Origin: Nibricoccus sp.
GTDB taxonomy: Bacteria; Verrucomicrobiota; Verrucomicrobiia; Opitutales; Opitutaceae
NCBI GenBank assembly: GCA_047602425.1
Contig: JASGHG010000001.1
Location: forward strand, 448,001 to 512,000
Direction of reading: 5' to 3'
Length of the DNA stretch: 64,000 bases
This document shows, in pieces, positions 28,965 to 39,626 of this stretch. The notes beneath the pieces were generated by a model. It searched no databases and was not told the origin of the DNA. It saw nothing but the letters and a program-made list of their open reading frames with translations. Position 1 is the first letter of the stretch, and the number at the start of each line of letters is the position of its first letter. The position numbers and the translations under genes are program-made.

Positions 28965-30191
28965 ATGTCCGCGCAGCGCATCCTCATAGTCAGCTCCAGT
29001 CCGCTTTGCCGAAATCCTCGCGTGCTTAAAGAAGCAACGACGCTGGGACGCAGCAGATATGACGTTACCGTTCTCACTATTGCCGGACGTACCCACGATG
29101 AAACGACGGACCGCGCCTTACTGGAAGGTGCACCGTTTCGAAAAGTTGCCCTGCCTTATTTCGGTTTCGATGGCACGCTCGGGCTGGCCGCCCATGCTGG
29201 ACGTACTTTGACCAGCATCGCTCGCAAGCTGGTGCCTCTCGGAATCGAACGACGCTCCGCCCTCGGCGCATTCCATCGCCTATACGCTGCCGTCCGTCGC
29301 ACTCCGGCCGACCTGACGATTGCACATACCGAATTGGGTCTGGCAATCGGTTCCGAACTTCTCGAACACGGACGCCGAGTTGCCGTCGATTTTGAGGACT
29401 GGCACTCTCAGGATCTACTGCCTTCTGCACGCAGGCATCGTCCATTGAAATTGCTGTCTGCCATCGAGCAACGGCTCCTCAAGCACGCCAATTACGCAAC
29501 GACTACTTCGCATGCCCTCGCCAGGGCCCTTGGAAACCTGCATCACAGAGCCAATCCCGTCGTCATCGCCAATGCGTTCCCGCTCCAGCCTGCACCGGCA
29601 CCGCGCGATACTATCCGACCACCTTCGCTGTTCTGGTTTTCCCAAACTATCGGCCCGGGCCGCGGCCTGGAGGAATTCATTGATGCCTGGCTGCTCACCT
29701 CCTCGACCAGTTCACTCTGCTTGCAGGGTGAAATCTCCGAGTCCTACAAAACCGAGCTACTCAATCGAACTCGAACCTCTTCGAAACCTCCAATCGTTTT
29801 TCAACCGCTCTGTTCGCCCAGAGATTTGCCCACACAAATTGCTAAGCACGACATTGGCCTCGCCTTGGAATCACAATCGCCGCCCAGCAGGAACCTAACG
29901 ATCACCAACAAAATTCTTCAGTATCTTAACGCCGGCCTGGCCATCGTTGCGACCTCGACCGAGGGTCACCGCGAAGTCCTTCAGCACGAGCCACGCGCGG
30001 GAATATTTATTGAGCCCACCGATCCAAATCGCACTGCCAGTCTCCTCGACGCGCTCGTCTCAGCTCCGACCGCGCTGATTTCGATGCAAGCCGCCTCACG
30101 TTCGCTCGCCGAATCGACCTACTGCTGGGAACGTGAGGAACCCAAATTGCTCGCCCTCGTCGAACAGGCCCTCGCAAATCGTCCAGCGTGA
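28965..30191 (+). CDS. GT4 family glycosyltransferase
   Basis: NPRVLKEA, GRGLEE, TNKILQYLNAG. Confidence 0.85.
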   Translation: MSAQRILIVSSSPLCRNPRVLKEATTLGRSRYDVTVLTIAGRTHDETTDRALLEGAPFRKVALPYFGFDGTLGLAAHAGRTLTSIARKLVPLGIERRSALGAFHRLYAAVRRTPADLTIAHTELGLAIGSELLEHGRRVAVDFEDWHSQDLLPSARRHRPLKLLSAIEQRLLKHANYATTTSHALARALGNLHHRANPVVIANAFPLQPAPAPRDTIRPPSLFWFSQTIGPGRGLEEFIDAWLLTSSTSSLCLQGEISESYKTELLNRTRTSSKPPIVFQPLCSPRDLPTQIAKHDIGLALESQSPPSRNLTITNKILQYLNAGLAIVATSTEGHREVLQHEPRAGIFIEPTDPNRTASLLDALVSAPTALISMQAASRSLAESTYCWEREEPKLLALVEQALANRPA

Positions 30192-31504
30192 AACGCGTCC
30201 TCATCGTCAGTCCTTCGTTTCCGCCCATCAATGCACCGGATATGCAGCGTGTGCGCATGAGCTTGCCGCATTATAGCACCTGCGGCTGGGAGCCCATTGT
30301 TCTCGCAGTGAACGAACGATACATCAACGCCGTCCGCGAGGAGGAGTTGCTCGCGACCGTGCCGACTCACATCAAAATTTATCGCTGTAACGCGTTGCCG
30401 CTGTCGATTTCAAAATTGTTCGGTATCGGCAATCTCGGGCTTCGCTCAGGATGGCACTTACTATGGGCAGGCTTGAGGGTCATCCGCAGGGAAAAAATCG
30501 ACTTGGTTTTCTTGTCCAATACCCAGTTTTTTACCTTTCCTCTGGGCCGCCTCTGGCGATTTCTAACCCGGGTCCCATATGTCATCGATCTGCAGGATCC
30601 GTGGCGAACTGATTACTATCAACAACCCGGCGCCCGCAAGCCGCCGGGCGGCTGGAAATATAGCTTCGCGAGGGTGCAAGCCCGTCTCCTCGAAGGATGG
30701 TCCTTCCGACGGCTGTCGGGCTTCGTCAGCGTGTCTCCTCGCTACATTGAAGATTTGCGCGAACGCTATCCTTGGTTCGCGAAAATTCCTTCCGCAACAA
30801 TTCCGTTCGGCACGAGCGAAGAGGACAAAGATGCAGCCCTCGCCTCCTCGTCGCCAAAAAATGGACCAACCATGAAAGATCGGCCAATCCGCTTGGTCTA
30901 TACCGGAGCAGGAGGCCCCATCACGCCACATGCCGCTCGCCTGCTCATGCAGGGCCTGCGACGACTGCGCGATAGGAGACCACAAACCATCCGCCACCTC
31001 CAACTCGAATTTCACGGTACAAGCTATGCCGCGGCGGATCGAGCCTGTCCTACGATTAAGCCCATCGCGAAGGAATTCGGCGTCGATGATATCGTCTTCG
31101 AAAATCCGGCGAGGATCGGCCACTTGGAATCCATGCGGCTGCAAGCCATCGCCGATGCCCTGATCATCGCGGGCTCAATCGACCCTGCCTATTCTCCGTC
31201 GAAGCTCTACCCGTATTTTCTGGCAGGTCGCCCCATGCTCGGCCTTGTGCTTCGCCAAAGCGTTTTGGAACGCCTCCTATTCGATCTTTCCTGCGCGAAA
31301 ATTGTCTCTTTTTCTCCCGAGCATTCCAACGATTCGGTGATCGAGGAGGTGGCGGCGTTTTTCATGCATGCCGTCGACGGTTTCCCCCCCGGTTACCTTC
31401 CTGAGCGCAACGAGGAACTTTTCCGCAACGAATACCTCGCGCCCGCTCTCACAGCCCGCCAATGCGCGTTGTTTGAACACGCCTGCCAAAACGCTTCCGA
31501 GTGA
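30188..31504 (+). CDS. GT4-like glycosyltransferase
   Basis: SPSFPP, DLQDPW, LVYTG, PSKLYPYFLAGRP. Confidence 0.85.
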   Translation: MKRVLIVSPSFPPINAPDMQRVRMSLPHYSTCGWEPIVLAVNERYINAVREEELLATVPTHIKIYRCNALPLSISKLFGIGNLGLRSGWHLLWAGLRVIRREKIDLVFLSNTQFFTFPLGRLWRFLTRVPYVIDLQDPWRTDYYQQPGARKPPGGWKYSFARVQARLLEGWSFRRLSGFVSVSPRYIEDLRERYPWFAKIPSATIPFGTSEEDKDAALASSSPKNGPTMKDRPIRLVYTGAGGPITPHAARLLMQGLRRLRDRRPQTIRHLQLEFHGTSYAAADRACPTIKPIAKEFGVDDIVFENPARIGHLESMRLQAIADALIIAGSIDPAYSPSKLYPYFLAGRPMLGLVLRQSVLERLLFDLSCAKIVSFSPEHSNDSVIEEVAAFFMHAVDGFPPGYLPERNEELFRNEYLAPALTARQCALFEHACQNASE

Positions 31505-32946
31505 ATACTTTTCCGTCCCCGTCCGCTTCGCCCGCGAATCCTGCAAGCCCGCAATGGGGCGCTCGACTTTTCAAAATCGGGTCTGTGCTTCTGGCTGTCA
31601 CCGCCAGCTACTACATTTTCAACGCCAGCGTCCGTTCGCAAACGCACCTTATTCTCGGCATCGCAATCATGGTGCTGTCGTTTCTCCCCGCCCTGCTTTG
31701 GGCTCAACGCAGTCGGCCAAGCCTGCCTGTTTTTGAAGCTCTGCTTTTCACCTGTCTTAACACGTACGCCCTGCCATTGCTCAATGGCCACGAAGATCTG
31801 CTGCGTTACGCCGAAACCGACGTCACACGTGCTGCGCTTGGAGTGATTGTTTACCAAGCCGCCGCGATTTCAACCTATCAATTGGTTCCCCCAATCGTTT
31901 CAGTCGGACGTTTTTGGGTGGAGGATGTCATCAGCGCCGCTTTCGAAAAATGGCTGCCGTGGGGCATCGGCCTTAATACCGCGTATATCGTGGTCAGCAC
32001 TTTCACCTCCCTCATTCCACCCAATTTCGGGAGTGTGCTGCGTGCGGTTTTCTTCGGTTTCGGCATCATCTGCACCTTCATGACCTGTCGTCGGCTGGGA
32101 CTTGGCCAACTCGGGCCCGGCGAACGCGCCTGGTTCTTCACCAACCTCGCAATTCAATGTTTCGTAATGATGGCGACGCTGTTTCTCGTTTCGACAGTTT
32201 CGCTCTTGTTGCTTGCGTTGGTCGGCTACATCTCGGCAGGCGGCCGCATACCCATTGTCTTCACCGCGCTTTGCCTCGTCGGGCTTGCCGTGCTCCACAA
32301 TGGCAAATCCGCTATGCGCGAAAAATACTGGACTGAAACCGGTCGTGTTGTCCCCACGCCAACCGAACTGCCTGCTTTCTACAGCGCATGGTTTAGCCAT
32401 GGCTTGAAACCTGAGTCGTCCGAAGGTTCGCAAAAAAAATTAACCGGCAAACTCATCGATCGTACCTCGCTCATCCATATCCTTTGCCTCGTCGCAACCT
32501 ACAGTCCGGAGCCGTTGCCCTACCTCCACGGCGATACCTACGCCGATATTCCAGCGCAGTTTGTCCCGCGGCTGGTCTGGCCTAACAAGCCGCTCGGCCA
32601 TGTCAGTACCAGCCGACTTTCGGTGTATTATGGCCTTCAGGATGAGGAGGACACGCTGAAGACCACCATCGGCTTCGGGATGGTGAGCGAGGCTTTTGCG
32701 AATTTCGGCTTCGCAGGTCTCGCGGGATTGGGCCTGCTTGTTGGTTTCGCTTTCAAGAAAACCATGTCAGCCGCTGCCCGAGGCCCCCTCTTTTCTTATG
32801 GTGGCCTGCTCACCATCATTCTCCTCGCGTGGAGTTTTCAGGTAGAATTCACTCTCAGTATCTGGCTGTCATCGCTCTACCAAGCGAGCATAGTCGTGCT
32901 CGGCATACCGTTTCTGCTGCGGATGTTTTTTGCGCCATCCTCATGA
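31501..32946 (+). CDS. Multi-pass membrane protein, putative Wzy-like polymerase
   Basis: About 11 TM segments, FVPRLVWPNKP and SEAFANFG motifs typical of polymerase-like proteins. Confidence 0.65.
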   Translation: MNTFPSPSASPANPASPQWGARLFKIGSVLLAVTASYYIFNASVRSQTHLILGIAIMVLSFLPALLWAQRSRPSLPVFEALLFTCLNTYALPLLNGHEDLLRYAETDVTRAALGVIVYQAAAISTYQLVPPIVSVGRFWVEDVISAAFEKWLPWGIGLNTAYIVVSTFTSLIPPNFGSVLRAVFFGFGIICTFMTCRRLGLGQLGPGERAWFFTNLAIQCFVMMATLFLVSTVSLLLLALVGYISAGGRIPIVFTALCLVGLAVLHNGKSAMREKYWTETGRVVPTPTELPAFYSAWFSHGLKPESSEGSQKKLTGKLIDRTSLIHILCLVATYSPEPLPYLHGDTYADIPAQFVPRLVWPNKPLGHVSTSRLSVYYGLQDEEDTLKTTIGFGMVSEAFANFGFAGLAGLGLLVGFAFKKTMSAAARGPLFSYGGLLTIILLAWSFQVEFTLSIWLSSLYQASIVVLGIPFLLRMFFAPSS

Positions 32947-34160
32947 GCCTGCTGGCTACCGAACCAACTGGTCCTCGTCTCGCCGTGGTGCTTTCCCATC
33001 CCACGCAATATTACAGCCCGTGGTTTCGCTGGCTGCGCGGCAATACCACTCTCTCGTTCAAGGTCTTCTACCTTTCCGACATCGGGCTGCATTCTTCACG
33101 CGACGAAAAATTCGGTACTCAGTTCGCCTGGGACACCGATTTGACGAGTGGTTACGACTACGAAATCGTTCCCAATGTGGCGGCAGAGCCGTCTGTGTTG
33201 CGTTTCAATGGCCTTAAAAATCCCGAATTGCCAGCGCGACTGCGCGAATGGAAACCCGATGCCATCCTGCTTTTCGGCTACAACTATTACACACATCTAA
33301 AACTCGTTTACTGGGCGCGCCTGCATCGCATTCCTCTCATCTTTCGTGGCGACTCCCATTTATTGGGCAGGAAAAAATTGTCCCTGATAAAAAGTTTTGT
33401 TCTGCGACAGCTTTATCGTCGCTTTGCCTCCATCACTTATGTGGGCAACTCCAACAACCACTATTTCCGCAAACTCGGCGTTCCCCATGCCAAGCTTTTT
33501 TTTGCGCCGCACGCTGTAGATGCCAGTCATTTTTCGCCCGACAATCCGCAACACCAGGAACGCGCCTTGGCTCTGAGAAAAGTATTGGGACTGGAGTCAT
33601 CAACCCGCGTGGTGCTTTTTGCGGGAAAGCTCATTCGCGCCAAGCAGCCGCACGTCCTGCTCGAAACATTTATTCAACTTCAACCCACAAACACCGCGCT
33701 TGTTTTCGTCGGCGATGGGGAGGAAAAGACCACGCTCCAAGCCCGCGCCGCCTCACGCCCGGATGTCGCCGTGCACTTCCTCCCGTTCGCCAACCAGAGT
33801 GAGATGCCTGCGATCTACTTGCTGGCCGACCTTTTCGTTCTGCCTTCGCGCAGTCACTACGAAACCTGGGGCCTCGCGGTCAATGAAGCGATGCATATGG
33901 GCGTACCCTGCCTGGTCAGCGATCTTGTGGGCTGCCAGGCCGACCTCGTCACCGATCGCAAAACGGGCTGGGTTTTCCGCGCGGATTCAAACGAACATTT
34001 TCGTTCCAAACTTAACGAAGCGCTCGCCACGATAGAGGGTCACCGCCGCGTCCTCCGCTCGGCCGTACTCGAACGCATTTCAAACTACGGTTACGAGCAA
34101 GCATCGTCCGGACTTATCGCCGCACTGCGCCACGCGACGCGTGCGACTTCATCCCATTGA
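32943..34160 (+). CDS. GT4 family glycosyltransferase
   Basis: SHPTQYYSP, FAGKLIRAK, ETWGLAVNEAM. Confidence 0.92.
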   Translation: MSLLATEPTGPRLAVVLSHPTQYYSPWFRWLRGNTTLSFKVFYLSDIGLHSSRDEKFGTQFAWDTDLTSGYDYEIVPNVAAEPSVLRFNGLKNPELPARLREWKPDAILLFGYNYYTHLKLVYWARLHRIPLIFRGDSHLLGRKKLSLIKSFVLRQLYRRFASITYVGNSNNHYFRKLGVPHAKLFFAPHAVDASHFSPDNPQHQERALALRKVLGLESSTRVVLFAGKLIRAKQPHVLLETFIQLQPTNTALVFVGDGEEKTTLQARAASRPDVAVHFLPFANQSEMPAIYLLADLFVLPSRSHYETWGLAVNEAMHMGVPCLVSDLVGCQADLVTDRKTGWVFRADSNEHFRSKLNEALATIEGHRRVLRSAVLERISNYGYEQASSGLIAALRHATRATSSH

Positions 34161-35554
34161 CCCTCCGAACTTCAAAAATTGAAACGCTCACCTTGCTGCA
34201 TGTCGTAGTGATGGGCGTGCTCGCAACGTGGTTTCTTGGCGGCGGTTCTTACTCGGCCCGTCTTACACTCTGCGTAATCGGCAGCCTCGCTCCCGCGCTG
34301 CTTCTCGCCGGCCTGATCGATCGACGAGCGCGTGGTGAACCGTTTTTTCGATCGCTTCTTCCGCTTATTCCATGGTTCGGGTTCAACATAATCGTGCTGC
34401 TCGGTCTGCTTCATCCGAGTTTTCGCCGAGCCACCGTGGAGGGTATCACGGTGTTCATTCCCAATGCCACGGCGGGCGGCTGGCCGGAGAGTGCCCGGCC
34501 GGATTTGGCCGTTCTGGAACTCTGGCTGCTCAATGCGCTCATTCTCACTCCCTTTAACTTGCTCATCAATGTCCGCCATCGCAGCACCCTGCACACACTA
34601 TTCTTCATCCTGGCGGTCAATGCTCTCATCCTCGCCGTTTTTGGTTCTTTTCAGAAGTTCGTCGACGCTTCCGGCCTGTTCTTCGGGGCAGTCGCTTCGC
34701 CCAATACGACGTTCTTCAGTAGTTTTATCTATCACAATCACTGGGGCGCCTTCGTCGTACTAAGTCTGTCGATTTGCCTTGGCTTGCTCTTCAGCCTGCG
34801 GCCGTGGTCGGGCTCGCGGGATTTCTGGCATTCGCCCGCGTTGGCAGCGGTCGTCGCTATTTTTCTGCTCGCTTTAGCAGTTCCCTTGAGTGGCGCTCGC
34901 GCCTGCACGTTTCTCGCGGCACTTCTTCTTGCCGCTGGATTCATGCAAGGACTTCGACGCATCACAAGCTATCAAAAAGATCGTGGACGGTCCGTTATTG
35001 GACCTGGATTTCTCGTCGCCCTCACCCTGCTCGCCGTACTGACTTCGACCTATTTCCTCGCCCGGGAGGTGATCGAAACTCGTCTTGCGGACACTCGCGC
35101 ACAACTTTCCGAAGTCCGCGATACAGGCAGCATTGGCTCGCGCGGTGTACTGTATAGCGATACCTGGCGCATGGCACTCGATAAACCGTGGTTCGGCTGG
35201 GGACTCGGTTCATATGCCACTGTTTTCAGATCGTACAACAGCCAGATCGGCGGTGAAGGACTTCCTCATTTCTACGAATACGCTCATTCGGATTGGCTTC
35301 AGCTTTTTGCGGAAACCGGCGTCGTTGGAACGGCGTTCTACCTGACTTTCTTAATCCTCGTTCTGCAGCCGCTCCGACGCTGGCACGGTAACAATGAACT
35401 TCCCGCTTACCTACTCCTTGGCTGTGGACTGATTGCGTTATACGCGTGCATCGAATTTCCCTTTGGCAACCCCGCCGTGACCCTGATTTTTTGGACCTGC
35501 TTGATGGGTTCTGTCCGATGGGTCAAGCTGACCGCAACCTCCCTGCATCGCTAA
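34157..35554 (+). CDS. O-antigen ligase (WaaL/Wzy_C) family membrane protein
   Basis: FIYHNH, SGAR, KPWFGWGLGSY, YAHSDWLQLFAETG. Confidence 0.87.
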   Translation: MTLRTSKIETLTLLHVVVMGVLATWFLGGGSYSARLTLCVIGSLAPALLLAGLIDRRARGEPFFRSLLPLIPWFGFNIIVLLGLLHPSFRRATVEGITVFIPNATAGGWPESARPDLAVLELWLLNALILTPFNLLINVRHRSTLHTLFFILAVNALILAVFGSFQKFVDASGLFFGAVASPNTTFFSSFIYHNHWGAFVVLSLSICLGLLFSLRPWSGSRDFWHSPALAAVVAIFLLALAVPLSGARACTFLAALLLAAGFMQGLRRITSYQKDRGRSVIGPGFLVALTLLAVLTSTYFLAREVIETRLADTRAQLSEVRDTGSIGSRGVLYSDTWRMALDKPWFGWGLGSYATVFRSYNSQIGGEGLPHFYEYAHSDWLQLFAETGVVGTAFYLTFLILVLQPLRRWHGNNELPAYLLLGCGLIALYACIEFPFGNPAVTLIFWTCLMGSVRWVKLTATSLHR

Positions 35555-35557
35555 ATT

Positions 35558-36388
35558 ATGTACTCCGTCGTCATTCTTACGCTTAACGAGGAGAGAAATT
35601 TACCTGCGTGCCTGGCCAGTCTCACCGGCTGCAATGACATTGTCGTGCTCGATTCCGGCTCAACCGATCGCACACAGGCGATTGCCAAGGCTGCCGGCGC
35701 ACGCGTTGTCGAACGCCGTTTCACAAATTTTGGCGACCAGCGAAACTTCGCCAACGCCCATATTCCCTTCAAAAATGACTGGGTGTTCCATCTCGATGCC
35801 GACGAGCAAATGACTCTCGAACTCCATCGCGAATGCTCGGGTCTCTCCGCACAGGGTCCGGGCGGCATCGATGGTTTCATGGTTGCTCCCCGCATGTTTT
35901 ACCACGGCCGGTGGATTCCGCATTGCACCGATTATCCGGCTTTTCAGGCACGCTTCGTCCATCCGCGGCGGTTCCGTTTCATTCAGGCCGGACATGGCCA
36001 GCGCGAAGATCCGACGATGCACATGGGTATCCTAAACGGCAATTATCTGCACAATCTTTCCGCTGACACCGATGAGGAACTCGAAGCCAAACATCGTCGT
36101 TACGCCGTGCAGGAAGCCGAAGCTTTCCTAAACCGTGCGCCAAATCCAACGCCTCTCTGGCGCAGACTTTTTTCTTCCGATAAACTGGTTCGTCGCCGCG
36201 CACTCAAGCACCTAAGCCAGCGGCTCCCCATGCGCGGCCCGCTGCGCTTCATCTATCAGTATCTCTGGCGACATGGCTTCCTCGACGGCATAGCCGGGCT
36301 TCGCTATTGTCTCCTGCTATCCCGTTATGAAAGCTGGATCGCCCAAGAAATCCGCCGTCAAAAACGCGAACATCGCAACACTCCATGA
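35558..36388 (+). CDS. GT2 family glycosyltransferase
   Basis: ILTLNEERN, LDSGSTD, QRNFA, LDADE, GFLDG. Confidence 0.92.
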   Translation: MYSVVILTLNEERNLPACLASLTGCNDIVVLDSGSTDRTQAIAKAAGARVVERRFTNFGDQRNFANAHIPFKNDWVFHLDADEQMTLELHRECSGLSAQGPGGIDGFMVAPRMFYHGRWIPHCTDYPAFQARFVHPRRFRFIQAGHGQREDPTMHMGILNGNYLHNLSADTDEELEAKHRRYAVQEAEAFLNRAPNPTPLWRRLFSSDKLVRRRALKHLSQRLPMRGPLRFIYQYLWRHGFLDGIAGLRYCLLLSRYESWIAQEIRRQKREHRNTP

Positions 36389-37608
36389 ACGCCGGGCAAA
36401 AGATCGTCTTTGTTAATCGCTTCTACTGGCCGGACGAGCCTGCGACCGCGCAATTGCTCACGGATCTCGCCGAGGCGCTCGCTGCCGCCGGACACGCCGT
36501 CAATATCGTCACGAGCCAGCCGCCCCACGCATCTCTGCCAGCGCACGAAACGCGCAATGGTGTTTTGATTCACCGGATTTCCGGCCTGCGTTTCAAACGC
36601 AATAATGCTGCGCTGAAAGCCCTCGCGTTTCTCTCCTTTGCCCGCGGGGCTCTGCGCACAATCGATTCCATACTCCAGCCAGGAGACGTGCTCGTTGTCA
36701 TGACTGATCCGCCTCTGCTTGGTGTTTTTGCATCCTCTCTCGCTAAAAAACGCGGCGCACGACTCGTCCACTGGCTCCAGGATGTTTACCCGGAAATAGC
36801 GATAGCGGTCGGTACGGCAAAATTCGCCGGCATGTTCCGCTCCAAACGCGACCGTGCCTGGCAAGCCGCCGATATTTGTGTCGTGCCCGGCGAAGACATG
36901 GCCGCATTCGTCCGCTCACGCGGAGCGAATCCTGAAACCGCGCTCGTCTCGCCCAACTGGGCTCCTACCGGACTTGAAGCCGCACCGGCCGACGCCCTGC
37001 GCCGCGACTGGGGGCTCGCCGGAAAATTCATCGTCATGTATTCCGGCAACCTAGGCCGCGTGCATGATTTGCATCCGGTACTCGCCCTCGCGGAGGCGCT
37101 GCGCAGCGAGACCGACATTGTATTTCTTTTTGTGGGCGACGGCGCGCAACGTGCAAACCTTCAGGCAACAGCCGAGCGTCGTGGCCTGCGCAATGTTGTC
37201 TTCAAACCCGCACAACCTCGCCATCGCCTTGGTCCCACGCTTTCCCTCGCCAACCTCCACCTTGTCACGCTGCGCGCGGGCTGTGAACAGCTCGTTTTCC
37301 CCAGCAAACTTTATGGCATTGCCGCCGTCGGCCGGCCTGTGCTCTACATCGGTCCGAAGGACTGTGAACTCGCCCGCATGATCGAGGTCCGCGGTTTTGG
37401 CCGCTCCTTTGCCCGAAGCGAAACCAAGCCTGCGATCCAAACCATCCTCCATCTTCGGCATGCCCCAGCCGATTGCGCTCGCATGGGCAAATCAGCGTTG
37501 GCGTTTTCGCAGGAAACTGGCGGCCTCGCTGCTGCCGCGTCGACTTGGGATCGTTTGCTCAGCGGTCTGAAGTCACTTGCGCCGACTTCGCCCCAGCCCC
37601 AAAAGTGA
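36385..37608 (+). CDS. GT4 family glycosyltransferase (WcaI/WbuB-like)
   Basis: NRFYWPD, QDVYPE, YSGNLG, PSKLYG. Confidence 0.9.
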   Translation: MNAGQKIVFVNRFYWPDEPATAQLLTDLAEALAAAGHAVNIVTSQPPHASLPAHETRNGVLIHRISGLRFKRNNAALKALAFLSFARGALRTIDSILQPGDVLVVMTDPPLLGVFASSLAKKRGARLVHWLQDVYPEIAIAVGTAKFAGMFRSKRDRAWQAADICVVPGEDMAAFVRSRGANPETALVSPNWAPTGLEAAPADALRRDWGLAGKFIVMYSGNLGRVHDLHPVLALAEALRSETDIVFLFVGDGAQRANLQATAERRGLRNVVFKPAQPRHRLGPTLSLANLHLVTLRAGCEQLVFPSKLYGIAAVGRPVLYIGPKDCELARMIEVRGFGRSFARSETKPAIQTILHLRHAPADCARMGKSALAFSQETGGLAAAASTWDRLLSGLKSLAPTSPQPQK

Positions 37609-37612
37609 CTTC

Positions 37613-38965
37613 ATGTTAGTCGGACGCAAAACCACGCTGGCCATTTTCTTTCTCGACGTCTTGTCGCTGGCATGCGCGTTCAACGCCATTCGTACCGTCT
37701 ACGAGTTCAATGATCTCATTGTCATTCCTTTGATGGTGCCTTGCGGTCTGCTCATCGTCGCCTTGTACCTGATAGATGGATACAAACTCCGCACCGACAT
37801 GCTCGGGCTGGACTATGCAAGCCAGCATATGATCGCGCTGCTCTCGGCGATGCTCGCGACTCTTTTGGTTACTTTCGCGGTCATACCCAGCGGCTACCCT
37901 CTTCAGCAAAGCCGCTCCGTCATCACGCTAAGTTTCTTGATCCTCGCTCCGGTAACTTTGGGGTACCGGCGTTTTTTCTACGGCCGCCATATTCGCCGCC
38001 GCCAGCAACGCAGTTTTGTTTTTCTCGGAGATCGATCCAGCGCGCAGGCTTTTCAGGAAGAATGCACGCTTGTCGGTATGACCCAGCCGGTAATTCATGT
38101 GCTGCCCAACAATCAGGAACCTGCCCAACCTTCAGCCACCGCCATGAGCTTCCCTCAGCTCATGGAAAATTTGCGCAACGGCCAGATCGATGTGGAGGCT
38201 ATCATCCTGCGTGAATCAAATCACGACGTCAGTCCCGAGACTTCTCAGGAATTGGTCGATCTTTACTTCAGTGGCGTCCCCTCCTTCACGCTCGAACTTT
38301 TCCATCAAATCTACTGGCGCAAAATTCCCCTCTACCGGCTGAATCAAACGTGGTTGTTTCAGGAAGGATTCGAAATTGCGAGGGAACCGGTTTACGAACG
38401 TCTCAAACGCCTCAGCGACATTTTTCTTTCCCTGTTTGGCCTCGTCTTCGCCGCACCTGTGCTAGCTGCCGCCGCGGTCGCCATTTGGCTGGAAGACCGG
38501 GGTCCGGTTTTCTTCAAACAAACTCGTATCGGCAAAAATCGCGCCCCTTTCACTGTCTACAAACTCCGTACGATGCGTCAAAACGTCACCGGCATTCCCT
38601 ATGCACAGCAGGTGGACAACCGCATCACTCGTGTCGGTCGGTTTCTGCGGATGAGTCGGATCGACGAATTTCCCCAGCTTCTCAATGTGTTCAATGGCGA
38701 TATGAGCTTGATCGGGCCACGCGCGGAATGGGACCGCCTTGTCGCCGATTACGAAAAACAAATTTCCTGCTACCATTTCCGCCACCTTGTGCGTCCCGGC
38801 ATCACGGGGTGGGCCCAAGTGAACTATCCGTACGGCGCCAGTATCGACGACACGCTGCGCAAACTGGAATACGACCTCTACTATATCCGCCACTTTTCTT
38901 TCCGCCTCGACGCGTCAATTATCCTAAAAACCCTTCACGTGATGCTTTTCGGCAAAGGGCGCTGA
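37613..38965 (+). CDS. Priming polyprenyl-phosphate sugar-phosphotransferase (WcaJ/WbaP family)
   Basis: KRLSD, YKLRTM, RIDEFPQ, GDMSLIGPR, PGITGWAQV, YDLYY. Confidence 0.93.
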   Translation: MLVGRKTTLAIFFLDVLSLACAFNAIRTVYEFNDLIVIPLMVPCGLLIVALYLIDGYKLRTDMLGLDYASQHMIALLSAMLATLLVTFAVIPSGYPLQQSRSVITLSFLILAPVTLGYRRFFYGRHIRRRQQRSFVFLGDRSSAQAFQEECTLVGMTQPVIHVLPNNQEPAQPSATAMSFPQLMENLRNGQIDVEAIILRESNHDVSPETSQELVDLYFSGVPSFTLELFHQIYWRKIPLYRLNQTWLFQEGFEIAREPVYERLKRLSDIFLSLFGLVFAAPVLAAAAVAIWLEDRGPVFFKQTRIGKNRAPFTVYKLRTMRQNVTGIPYAQQVDNRITRVGRFLRMSRIDEFPQLLNVFNGDMSLIGPRAEWDRLVADYEKQISCYHFRHLVRPGITGWAQVNYPYGASIDDTLRKLEYDLYYIRHFSFRLDASIILKTLHVMLFGKGR

Positions 38966-38978
38966 CTCTTCATTCACC

Positions 38979-39626
38979 TTGGATACCTCCTATCTCCAAA
39001 AAGGCCTCTCGCTCGCCGCGAGCTTCCTGCGTTCACCGACGCAGATTGGTCCCTATCTGAAATATAATCCGCTTTGGGGTCGGCAGCCCATCGACGTCGG
39101 CCTTCCGTGGATTTCCTTCGGTGCTTTGAAGTTTCTCGATTGTTTTCTTCGGCCCGAACATGAGGTCTTCGAATTCGGCGGCGGTGGATCCACGCTCTAC
39201 TTTGCCCGACGAACCCGCCACGTGCTCACGATGGAAAGCCATCCCGATTGGCACAAAACCCTTACAGCAGCCCTCGCAGAAAAGCAGTTTCGTCACGTCA
39301 CCTGCGAATTGCATCCCATCAGCGGCGACGAAGCCTCTAAATTCCGCAACGATGCTTTTTTCCAACGCGTGCACGCGCAACTGTGGGATGTGATCCTCAT
39401 CGATTGCTACTGCGGGTATTCAAAAACTCGCTACGGTCTGACCAGGCCTCACGCTTTCGAACTCGCTCAACACCAAGTTAAGCCCGGCGGAATCATCGTG
39501 CTCGACGATTCCTGGATGTTTCCCGAACTGACCGCGGCAAAATCCGGCTGGCGCATCACCGACTACATCGGTCCCGGGCCCTGCCGGCTCGGCGTCACTT
39601 CCACCGCAATTTTCGAAAAACTCTGA
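38979..39626 (+). CDS. Class I SAM-dependent methyltransferase
   Basis: PWISFGA, VFEFGGGGST, ILIDC, GGIIVLDDS. TTG start. Confidence 0.8.
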   Translation: MDTSYLQKGLSLAASFLRSPTQIGPYLKYNPLWGRQPIDVGLPWISFGALKFLDCFLRPEHEVFEFGGGGSTLYFARRTRHVLTMESHPDWHKTLTAALAEKQFRHVTCELHPISGDEASKFRNDAFFQRVHAQLWDVILIDCYCGYSKTRYGLTRPHAFELAQHQVKPGGIIVLDDSWMFPELTAAKSGWRITDYIGPGPCRLGVTSTAIFEKL

